64,000 nt of DNA from an uncultured Pseudomonadota bacterium (lineage in GTDB: Bacteria > Myxococcota_A > Polyangia > Fen-1088), in contig CAWKBC010000035.1 in the NCBI GenBank assembly GCA_963847705.1, positions 32,001 through 96,000 on the forward strand, read 5' to 3'. A model generated the notes under the pieces. The model was not told the DNA's origin. It did not search any database and saw only the letters and a program-made list of their open reading frames with translations. Within the stretch, counting starts at the first letter, position 1; each line of letters starts with the position of its first letter. Positions 56,265-64,000 of the stretch are shown here, piece after piece. The position numbers and the translations under genes were made by a program.

Positions 56265-57598
56265 TCGAGAGGAGCTCGACACGCGTCCTCGACGCGGGAG
56301 CACCGGTCATTCGGCAACTGGGCGGCGGGCGGCTGCTGGTCGTCAAGGGCCCCGACCGCGGCGAGTCGATCGAGATCGGGACGGTGGCGTTCACGCTCGG
56401 CTCGGGGAGCGGGTGCGACGTGCCGCTCTCCGACCCGACCATCTCCCGCCGCCACCTCGGCATGGAGCCGGGGCCGGAAGGCGTGATCGCGCGCGATCTC
56501 GGGTCGACCAACGGTTCCTTCGTGCAGGGGGCGCGGTTCACCGAGCTGACGCTCGGCTTCGGTACCGAAATCACCATCGGCAAGACGGTGCTGAAGTTCG
56601 TCCCCAACGAGGAGGCGATCGATCTCGGCCCGTCCGATGCGGAGAGCTACGGCGCGCTGGTCGGCCGCGACCCCAAGCTGCGCCGGCTGTTCCGTCTGCT
56701 CGACGACGTCGCCGCCACCGACGCGACGGTGCTCATCGAGGGGGAGACGGGAACCGGCAAGGAGCTGTTCGCCGAGGAGATTCACCGCCACAGCCCCCGC
56801 AAGGACGGCCCCTTCATCGTCTTCGATTGCGGTGCTCTCCCCCCCGAGCAGGTCGAGTCGGCGCTGTTCGGCCACGTCCAGGGCGCCTTTGCGGGCGCCG
56901 TCGCCGATCGGCGCGGCGCCTTCGAGGAGGCGCACGGGGGCACCCTCTTCCTCGACGAAATCGGCGAGCTGCCCTCGGCGGTGCAGCCGGTGCTGTTGCG
57001 CGCGATCGACAAGCAGAGCGTCCGGCCGGTCGGCGGCACCAGCACCACCCCCGCCTCGGTGCGGGTGGTCGCAGCGACCAACCGGAACCTGCGCGCCGAG
57101 ATCGCCGCCAAGCAGTTTCGCGAGGACCTCTACTACCGCGTGGCGGTGATCCGGATGTTGGTCCCGCCGCTGCGGGATCGCCCCGAGGACATCCCCCTGC
57201 TGGTCCAGCACTTCATTGGCCAGTTTCGCTCTGACCGACCGCTCACCGTCGCGCCGCAAGACATCGAACGCCTGCAGCGGCACACCTGGCTGGGGAACGC
57301 GCGCGAGCTGCGCAACGTCGTCGAGCGGGCCTGTGCGCTCAGCCGGGGCAGCCAACTCCTCATCGACGACGCGCTCGAGGAACGGCCGGCCGGTGGCGCC
57401 GCCGCGGCGCCGGACATCGATCTGCCTTTCAAAGAGGCGAAGGCCAAGGTCGTCGACGCGTTCGAGCGCGGCTACATCGACGCGCTCCTCAAGCGCCACG
57501 GGGGAAACCTCTCCGCCGCGGCGCGCGCCGCCGACATCGATCGCAAGCACCTGCGCGAGCTCTTGCGCAAGCATGGCCTGCGCGAATCCACGGAGTGA
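56261..57598 (+). CDS. FHA-domain sigma54-dependent activator
   Basis: SRRH...STNG FHA, GETGTGKE, GAFAGA, FLDEIGE, FREDLYYR, Fis HTH. Confidence 0.92.
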   Translation: MIERSSTRVLDAGAPVIRQLGGGRLLVVKGPDRGESIEIGTVAFTLGSGSGCDVPLSDPTISRRHLGMEPGPEGVIARDLGSTNGSFVQGARFTELTLGFGTEITIGKTVLKFVPNEEAIDLGPSDAESYGALVGRDPKLRRLFRLLDDVAATDATVLIEGETGTGKELFAEEIHRHSPRKDGPFIVFDCGALPPEQVESALFGHVQGAFAGAVADRRGAFEEAHGGTLFLDEIGELPSAVQPVLLRAIDKQSVRPVGGTSTTPASVRVVAATNRNLRAEIAAKQFREDLYYRVAVIRMLVPPLRDRPEDIPLLVQHFIGQFRSDRPLTVAPQDIERLQRHTWLGNARELRNVVERACALSRGSQLLIDDALEERPAGGAAAAPDIDLPFKEAKAKVVDAFERGYIDALLKRHGGNLSAAARAADIDRKHLRELLRKHGLRESTE

Positions 57599-57599
57599 C

Positions 57600-58379
57600 G
57601 TGAAGCTACTCGACGAGCTGCGCGCGCGGTTCCGTGAGCTCGGGCGCGAGATCGCCGGGGGCGTGACCGACTCGGGACACTCGGCGATCTATCTGCGGCA
57701 GCTCATCCGCGGCAACCGCGCGCCTCACGCTCAGGCCGCCCCAACGCCCAACGCGGCCCAGCCGCCCGTGCTGCTCATCCACGGCTACCTCGCCACCCGC
57801 GGTTCGCTGCATCTGCTCGAGCAGCACCTGGCCGACCGCGGCCACATCGTCATCAGCTACCCGCTGGGGTTCGGGGTGAACCTGGGCGACATCCGCGACT
57901 CCGCCGGCCTCATCGCGCGCAAGGTCGAGTCGATCGTCGCCCAGACCGGCGTCACCGAGATCGACGTCGTGGGCCACTCGCTGGGGGGGCTGGTCGGGCT
58001 CTACTATCTGAAGCGCCTGGGGGGGCGCCACCGGGTGCGCCGGCTCATCATGCTGGGGACGCCCACCCAGGGGACCTGGTCGGCCCTGCTCGGCCTGGTG
58101 ACGGCGCCGCTCGGGCGCGCCAGCCTCCAGCTGCTCCCCGGCAGCCCCTTTCTGCGCGAGCTGGGCGAAGTGCCGCTCCCCAAGGGGGCGGAGGTCATCT
58201 CGATCGGCGCCATGCGCGACTGGATGGCGCCCCTGTCGACGACGGTCCTCGACGGGGTCCGCCACATCGCGCTGCCCACCGGCCATTCGGGCCTGCTCGT
58301 CGACGGTGAGGTGGCAGAGGTGGTCGCGGACCTCCTGTCCGACCGGCCCCCCGTTGACGGAACCGGGGCGCCACCCTAA
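57600..58379 (+). CDS. Alpha/beta hydrolase (lipase/esterase)
   Basis: LIHG, GHSLGG, GTP..G, GH. Confidence 0.85.
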   Translation: MKLLDELRARFRELGREIAGGVTDSGHSAIYLRQLIRGNRAPHAQAAPTPNAAQPPVLLIHGYLATRGSLHLLEQHLADRGHIVISYPLGFGVNLGDIRDSAGLIARKVESIVAQTGVTEIDVVGHSLGGLVGLYYLKRLGGRHRVRRLIMLGTPTQGTWSALLGLVTAPLGRASLQLLPGSPFLRELGEVPLPKGAEVISIGAMRDWMAPLSTTVLDGVRHIALPTGHSGLLVDGEVAEVVADLLSDRPPVDGTGAPP

Positions 58380-58391
58380 AATTGCTAGGTT

Positions 58392-59375
58392 TTGAGTACC
58401 TTTAGGCCGCGCGACTTTTCCGACGGCAACGCGGAGGGACAGGGTGAATCGCCCCTGTGGGCGTTGCGTTTCATCTCTGGGAAGTACCAGGGTGGCGAGT
58501 TTCCATTGCGCCCCCACCGGGAGATCATCATCGGTCGCTCGTCGGATCTCGACATGGTGCTGGTCGAGGACATGGTGTCGCGCAAGCACGCCAAGATCAC
58601 CACCGACGACTCCGTCGTCACGATCCAGGACTTGGGATCGACGAATGGGACTTTCGTCAATGGAGAGAAAGTCCGTAAAGCGGAGCTGAAGGACGGTGAC
58701 CGCATTCTCATCGGCACCTCCATCATCAAGATGGTCTTTGTGGAAGGCGACGCCACCAACAACGCGCTCAACGTCAGCGAGACCGAGGCGCGTTCGAAGA
58801 TGGCCGTGGCCGCCAACAAGCGCACCACGCCGAAGTCGATGTCGGGGAGCATCGAGGAGATCCCGCTCCCCGATCTGATCCAGCTGCTGTCGACCAGCCG
58901 GAAGTCGGGCGTGCTGTTCGTTCGCACCGACCACGCCGCCGGGCGGCTGTTCCTGCGCAAGGGACAGATCTACTTCGCCAACCTGGAGGGCAACGCCGGC
59001 GTCTCGTCGCGAAAAGCGATCATGCGGATGCTCAGCTGGGCCCAGGGCTCGTTCGAGCTGGAGCCGCCCGACGAATCGCCGGTGGCCGAGGAGATGGAAG
59101 AGTCGACCGAGGCGCTGCTCATGGAGGGGATGCGCCAGCTCGACGAGTACCGCGTGCAGCTCGAGAAGCTGCCGCCGTTCACCGCGTCGCTCACCGTCCC
59201 GCGCCCGCTCGAGCCCAAGCTCCGCGACCTCGCCCCCGAGGAGCTGGACGTCTTCCAGGCCGTGCTCGAGGTCGAGACGATCTCGGCGCTGTTCGACAAG
59301 TCCCAGCTGACCGACCTCGCCCTGGCCGAGAAGCTGCGCGCCCTCATCGAAAAGGGCTACGTCATCGCCAGGTAG
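58392..59375 (+). CDS. FHA plus DUF4388 protein
   Basis: IGR, SRKH, STNGT; GSIEE..LPDLIQLL..RKSG.L, W..G.F. Confidence 0.88.
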   Translation: MSTFRPRDFSDGNAEGQGESPLWALRFISGKYQGGEFPLRPHREIIIGRSSDLDMVLVEDMVSRKHAKITTDDSVVTIQDLGSTNGTFVNGEKVRKAELKDGDRILIGTSIIKMVFVEGDATNNALNVSETEARSKMAVAANKRTTPKSMSGSIEEIPLPDLIQLLSTSRKSGVLFVRTDHAAGRLFLRKGQIYFANLEGNAGVSSRKAIMRMLSWAQGSFELEPPDESPVAEEMEESTEALLMEGMRQLDEYRVQLEKLPPFTASLTVPRPLEPKLRDLAPEELDVFQAVLEVETISALFDKSQLTDLALAEKLRALIEKGYVIAR

Positions 59376-59379
59376 GGTC

Positions 59380-59412
59380 GGGACCTCAAAGGGTCCCGCG
59401 CCCCCCGCGATG
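59380..59412. repeat. REP-like palindromic element between convergent genes
   Basis: GGGACCTCAAAGGGTCCCGCGCCCCCCGCGATG. Confidence 0.6.
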
Positions 59413-59460
59413 AGCTCGAGCCGGCGAAGCCGTCTCTCCCTCACGCGATTTCGCCCTGCT

Positions 59461-60312
59461 CTAAATCGTGAGGGCGGCGCCCTCGATGGCGCCTGACAGC
59501 TCGATGTGTTGGCCGCCGCGTGCGTCGAGCAGACGTCGCCCGCGCAGGCAGAGCGCGTCGACCTCGGCGTCGCTGTAGTCCTGGTCGTAGTGGAACAGGA
59601 CCAGGCGCTTGACCCCGCCCGCGATCGCCGCGCCCACCGCATCCTCCACCGACGAGTAACCACGATCGGCGTAGCGCCGCCCGTCGTCCGGCGTGTAGGT
59701 GCTGTCGTGGATCAGGACGTCGGCGCCGCGGTAGAGCTCGATCGCCGCGGCGGGAGGGCCATCCGGTCCGTAGCCGGCGTCGCTGGCGTAGACCACGGAG
59801 CGCGCGCCGTCCTCGATGCGGAACGCCAGCGCGCCGGCGCGCCCGTGCGGATTGGTGCAGGCCCGCACCGCGCAGCCGGCAACCTGGATCGGCTTTCCCT
59901 CATCGATGGCGGCGATGTCGATCCCGGCGCCCATGTTCTTCAGCGTCTGCACCGGGAAGTACTGCGGCGCCATCTGCCCTTCGAGAATTCCCTCCAGCAT
60001 CGCCGAGCTCTGGGCGCCGCCGTAGATGTGGAACCTGTTTCCCGGCTGGTAGAGAGGGACGAAGAAGGGAAAGCCCTGGATGTGATCCCAGTGGGCGTGC
60101 GACAGCAGGATGCTCGCCTCTCCGCGCCCCTGACCGAAGGGCCCGTCCATGAGCGCCATCCCCAGGTTGCGCGCCCCGGTTCCGCAATCGAGCACAATCA
60201 ACCCGCCGCCGGCGGGCCGGAGAGAGACACAGGAGGTGTTGCCGCCATAGCGAACCGTGGCCGGCCCAGGGGCTGGAATTGACCCGCGCACGCCCCAGAA
60301 TGCGATCTCCAT
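59461..60312 (-). CDS. MBL-fold metallo-hydrolase
   Basis: FWGVRGS, GGNTSC, SHAHWDHIQG. Confidence 0.9.
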   Translation of the reverse strand: MEIAFWGVRGSIPAPGPATVRYGGNTSCVSLRPAGGGLIVLDCGTGARNLGMALMDGPFGQGRGEASILLSHAHWDHIQGFPFFVPLYQPGNRFHIYGGAQSSAMLEGILEGQMAPQYFPVQTLKNMGAGIDIAAIDEGKPIQVAGCAVRACTNPHGRAGALAFRIEDGARSVVYASDAGYGPDGPPAAAIELYRGADVLIHDSTYTPDDGRRYADRGYSSVEDAVGAAIAGGVKRLVLFHYDQDYSDAEVDALCLRGRRLLDARGGQHIELSGAIEGAALTI

Positions 60313-61247
60313 CAGGGCTTTCCGATCTCGCCGATCTCGATGTCCAGCCCCTCGTAGGCGGCGGCGACCTCCAGCTCGATCGCCTCGTGCTCGGCCAGGG
60401 CGCGCGTGTCGGCGAGGATGCGGTCGATCTCGGCGTCGCTGCGCTCCGGCGCGTGATGAAAAAGCACCAGCCGCTTGGCCCCCGCCTCGCGGCAGATGTC
60501 GACGGCGTCGCTGGGGCGCGAGTGGCCGTAGTGGGGAATTCGCCGGTAGTCGTTGGCGGTGAACATCGTGTCGTAGACGACCAGATCGGCTCCCTCGCAG
60601 AGGCGAACCACGCCCTCGCGCATCTTCGCCAGCTTCATCTTGTCCTTGGCCGGCAGCTCCGCGCCGGGCGAGGGGGGCCGCTCGACGAACTCGTCCTCGA
60701 ACAGGATGTCGCTGAAGGGGGCGGTGTCCGACACGTAGACGACCGAGGCGCCGTCAGCCGTCAAACGATAGGCGGTGGCGATGTACGGGTGGTTGAGCCG
60801 CGCGCAGGCGACCTTCACGTCGGAGATCTCGAACTTGGCCGCGTCGGCCAGCTCGCGAAAGGCGATCTCCGCCCGGGTCTCGGAGAACGGGACCGGGAAG
60901 TACGGATCCTCGGTCTGCGAGGCGAACACCGCCTGCAGGTGGAGGTCGTCGCGTTTGCGCGCGTAGACCGAGAGCTTGTTGCCACTCTGGTAGAGCGGCG
61001 AGAAGTACGGCAGCCCCTGGATGTGATCCCAGTGGGTATGACTAATGAGCAGGTGAACATCGCTGTGCCCGGCCTCGCCCTCGGCAAGTTCCTTGCCGAG
61101 CTTGCGGATGCCGGTGCCGGCGTCCACGACGACGCGCGTCCCTGCGGCCGAGCGCACCTCGACGCATGACGTGTTGCCGCCGTAGCGCTCGGTTTTCGGA
61201 CCGGGAACCGGCAGCGACCCACGCACGCCCCAGAATCGAACTCTCAT
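60312..61247 (-). CDS. MBL-fold metallo-hydrolase (paralog)
   Basis: FWGVRGS, SHTHWDHIQG, GHS, FHH.P. Confidence 0.9.
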   Translation of the reverse strand: MRVRFWGVRGSLPVPGPKTERYGGNTSCVEVRSAAGTRVVVDAGTGIRKLGKELAEGEAGHSDVHLLISHTHWDHIQGLPYFSPLYQSGNKLSVYARKRDDLHLQAVFASQTEDPYFPVPFSETRAEIAFRELADAAKFEISDVKVACARLNHPYIATAYRLTADGASVVYVSDTAPFSDILFEDEFVERPPSPGAELPAKDKMKLAKMREGVVRLCEGADLVVYDTMFTANDYRRIPHYGHSRPSDAVDICREAGAKRLVLFHHAPERSDAEIDRILADTRALAEHEAIELEVAAAYEGLDIEIGEIGKP

Positions 61248-61431
61248 GACAGGCGCAGGCCACGACGAGCGCGACGGAATCCGAACGCGCGTAGGTTCGC
61301 GCGAGGCCGCGGGACCATGGGAAGAGAATAACACGATGCCCCGCCGGGCCGCGATTTCCGCCGTGGGATAAAGTGCCGGGCCAGCCCGCCACAACCTAGG
61401 GGGAGGGGCGCGGACTGGCCCGGCGGATGAC

Positions 61432-62094
61432 CTATGAGAAGCGCACCAGATAGCCTGCCCCGTCGGGCAGGGTCGTGATCGTCGCCCCGATTCGGGCGGC
61501 GAGGTCAGAGGAGAGGGCGAACCGCCAGGAGTCGATGGGCGGACGCTGACCGGCGCTCTCGATCGAGAGCACCAGAGCGCCGCGGGTCGCCTCGACGTGG
61601 ATGTCGATCTGCAGCGGGCCGCCGTCGGGGGCCGAGCTCCGGGGGTCGGCTTGCGCGAGGTCGATCAGCAGGGCCGCCAGCATCGATTCGAAGGCACTTC
61701 CCCGGTTGGCGACACCGGTCCGGCGCTCCTTGTGGAGAGACACCGTCGTCCGTCCTATCGTCGGCGCCGCCAGGCGCACCGCCCGGGCGACCACTTCATC
61801 CAGGTCGGCGATGACCGCCGTGCCATCTCGCATGGCGGCGTCGACGAACCCGACCAGCGCGTTCAAGCGGAGGACGTTCGACTCGGTCTCGGCCAGCGCG
61901 TCCGCGACGGCACGGATTCCGGAGGGCGAGGTCGCCACCCGAATCTCGTTCGCCGCCGCCAGGAGCACGGTGAGATGGTTTCGAAACTCGTGCAGGATCC
62001 CGTCCCAGACGGGAACCAACCGGACGAGCTCCGAATCGGCCTCCACCCCGGATTCATGCCGGGCAACTGCAAAGAGGGGCTCGCTAGTCATCAC
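61432..62094 (-). CDS. Degenerate histidine-kinase-like protein
   Basis: H-box-like LHEFRNHL; eroded ATP-binding boxes. Confidence 0.5.
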   Translation of the reverse strand: MMTSEPLFAVARHESGVEADSELVRLVPVWDGILHEFRNHLTVLLAAANEIRVATSPSGIRAVADALAETESNVLRLNALVGFVDAAMRDGTAVIADLDEVVARAVRLAAPTIGRTTVSLHKERRTGVANRGSAFESMLAALLIDLAQADPRSSAPDGGPLQIDIHVEATRGALVLSIESAGQRPPIDSWRFALSSDLAARIGATITTLPDGAGYLVRFS

Positions 62095-62239
62095 TAGTCA
62101 TGTTCCTGGCGCCCCGATGGGCACATGTTGAGGCTATGCCTTACAAAATCCGTGCCGACGGGCATCCTGACCTTTGAGGTCCGCTGCCCCCCGACCGTCC
62201 TGGCACCGCCCGTCGGTTCACGGTAGAAGGCGGGCCGCG

Positions 62240-62851
62240 ATGTCGAACCGGGCCGTCACCACGATGGTTTTCGCGCTGACGTCAGCGCTGGCCCTCGCGT
62301 CCTGCGGCAAGAAGATCGGTGACAGCTGCCAGACCGCTTCGGACTGCGATCCGAATGGCACGCGCATCTGTGACATCTCCCAGCCAGGCGGGTACTGCAC
62401 GATCCAGGGATGTGACGAGACCACCTGCCCGAGCGAGGCGGCCTGCATCCGCTACTTTCCGGTCCAATTTCTGACCACGCCCTGCAATCCCTACTGCGAA
62501 GATCGCCAGGGGTTGCCCGTCCCAGACGCCGGCAGCGACGCCGGGATGAGCGTCGATGCGGGCGCGCTGCCTCTTTGTCCGGGGCTCTTTCCGGCAGCTC
62601 CGGCCAGTCAGGCCGGCAACGCGGACGTCTGTCCGAACGGCCCGACCAACGACTGCACCGCCGACGAGATCTGCCTCGACAGTGGCCTCTGTGCGCCGCG
62701 CTCGACCGAGACACGGTACTGCGCCCTCGTCTGTTCCAGCAACAACGACTGCCGCAGCGGCTACGTCTGCCGCCCGACCGGCGTCGAAGGCAGCGTGCTG
62801 CTCTCGGCGACCCCCTGCGCGCAGACCTCCTTCTGCGCCCCCGCAGACTAG
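62240..62851 (+). CDS. Cys-rich lipoprotein
   Basis: Lipobox LASC, PGGYCT, many paired Cys. Confidence 0.75.
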   Translation: MSNRAVTTMVFALTSALALASCGKKIGDSCQTASDCDPNGTRICDISQPGGYCTIQGCDETTCPSEAACIRYFPVQFLTTPCNPYCEDRQGLPVPDAGSDAGMSVDAGALPLCPGLFPAAPASQAGNADVCPNGPTNDCTADEICLDSGLCAPRSTETRYCALVCSSNNDCRSGYVCRPTGVEGSVLLSATPCAQTSFCAPAD

Positions 62852-62935
62852 CTCGCCTCGGGGCAGCCCATCGCGGTGGGTGGGTCCCGAAGTCGTAGTC
62901 AGCAACCGGCCTCGCGCGCGGGCCGACAACCGGGC

Positions 62936-63409
62936 GTGCGTCGTGTCGCGGCCATCCTCGGTCTCGCCTTGCTGTGGGTGCTTCCCGCCGGACGCGCGCG
63001 GGCCGGCAAGGGGGTCGACGGCGTCGTCAACCTGAACACCGCGCCTGCGGACCTGCTGTCCCTCCTGCCGGGCGTCGGCCCGGCCAAGGCGGGCGCCATC
63101 GTGATCTATCGAACGCGACGTCCGTTTCGCACCGTCGACGAGCTGGTCCGGATCAAGGGGATTGGCCGCAAGATGGTCCGCCGGCTCCGGCCGCACCTGG
63201 CGGTGGCCGGCCCCACCACCGCCACACCCGCTGAAGCCAAGCCCGGTGTCCCTGGCCTGCCCGCACTTCCCAAGCAGGCGCCGCCCATTCACCCGACCGG
63301 CGCGCCGCGCTGTCCGCCACCCAGGCCGTTGCTCCGGGCGCCACGGGTGAGAGACCGCGACCCGCGGGCCGAGCGCCCCTTTGCCGCGCCCTGCCTCGGT
63401 CCACGCTGA
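62936..63409 (+). CDS. ComEA-like helix-hairpin-helix protein
   Basis: VNLNTA, LPGVGP.KA, F..VDEL..IKGIG. Confidence 0.82.
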   Translation: MRRVAAILGLALLWVLPAGRARAGKGVDGVVNLNTAPADLLSLLPGVGPAKAGAIVIYRTRRPFRTVDELVRIKGIGRKMVRRLRPHLAVAGPTTATPAEAKPGVPGLPALPKQAPPIHPTGAPRCPPPRPLLRAPRVRDRDPRAERPFAAPCLGPR

Positions 63410-63418
63410 ACTCCAGAG

Positions 63419-64000
63419 CTAACGCGGCGCCGGCGCCTTGTCGAGCTGTCGCGCAGGGCTACCTGGCGGAGGCAGGGCCTCGGTTGGCGCCGCCTGCAGC
63501 GGCATCACGAATGAGAGCGCCTGCGTCTTGTCATAGCGGACGATCGCCCGCGCCGGGTGAAAGCCCGGCAGCGTCGCCTCGATGACGTGGTCGAGGAGAT
63601 CGCGCCGGACCAGGACCGTGGTCGGCGAGGATCCTGGCAGGTTGACCCCGTCGAGGCGCAGGCTGGCCCCGTTCGGATCGGTGGCGATCGACAGCCCGGC
63701 AGGGTTGCGCCAAACGAGCAGCACGTCGAGCGGCACGACCCAGTGGTGCACGGCCGCGGCGCCGCCTGCGACGATCACCAGCAGGAACAGCAGCGCCCTC
63801 CCCCAGCGCCTTCGCGGGCGGAGCTGCTGGACCCGCGCCGTCTCCCGCTGCGGGCGTCCCGGCGCGAAGGCCGGCAGCGGGGCCGGCATGCCGAACGACG
63901 CCGACTGCGTGCGCCTCATCTGGACGCCGGGCTGCCCGGTCGTTGCCACCCGACCGGACCCACCCGTGGCCGGCCCCTGCGGCGCCGCCGCGTACTGACC
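63419..64000 (-). CDS. C-terminal part of a TM plus PEGA-domain protein (5' end outside the window)
   Basis: TM followed by SIATDPNGA.L.LDG...SPT...H.IEATLPGF. Confidence 0.65.
   Translation of the reverse strand, partial: GQYAAAPQGPATGGSGRVATTGQPGVQMRRTQSASFGMPAPLPAFAPGRPQRETARVQQLRPRRRWGRALLFLLVIVAGGAAAVHHWVVPLDVLLVWRNPAGLSIATDPNGASLRLDGVNLPGSSPTTVLVRRDLLDHVIEATLPGFHPARAIVRYDKTQALSFVMPLQAAPTEALPPPGSPARQLDKAPAPR

Overview
High-GC bacterial DNA, probably Myxococcota (inferred from Ser/Thr kinases, an FHA-sigma54 activator, DUF4388 and PEGA proteins). Four blocks. (1) 1-23.4 kb: an exopolysaccharide locus (deacetylase, GT4s, AsnB, flippase, UbiA-type transferase) with an apparent peptide-modification cluster embedded in it. 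Two short ORFs (5746-5907, 10640-10795) share an identical 21-aa C-terminus, EFKIEIRKLEVPVRPRGVLAE. Around them are two heme-oxygenase-like diiron enzymes with RRE-like N-termini, a transglutaminase-like protein, an AMP-ligase, an ACP, a fused double alpha/beta hydrolase, a CimA-like synthase, an ADH, a GNAT and an MBL-Rieske protein. This candidate RiPP-like system is the best novelty lead. (2) 23.4-30.2 kb: trehalose/osmotic-stress genes, a Rof-like protein and a 24-bp VNTR. (3) 30252-52826: a 22.5-kb island integrated in tRNA-Arg(CCG) with 45-bp att repeats. The att core lies inside the integrase reading frame, so excision would fuse Int to an HTH domain. The island also has a mobABCDE-like region with oriT and a truncated relaxase, and defence-like cargo including a radical SAM-DUF6375-Avs2-like STAND operon. 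(4) 53-64 kb: signalling and housekeeping genes. All family assignments come from motif recognition by eye, not database searches.
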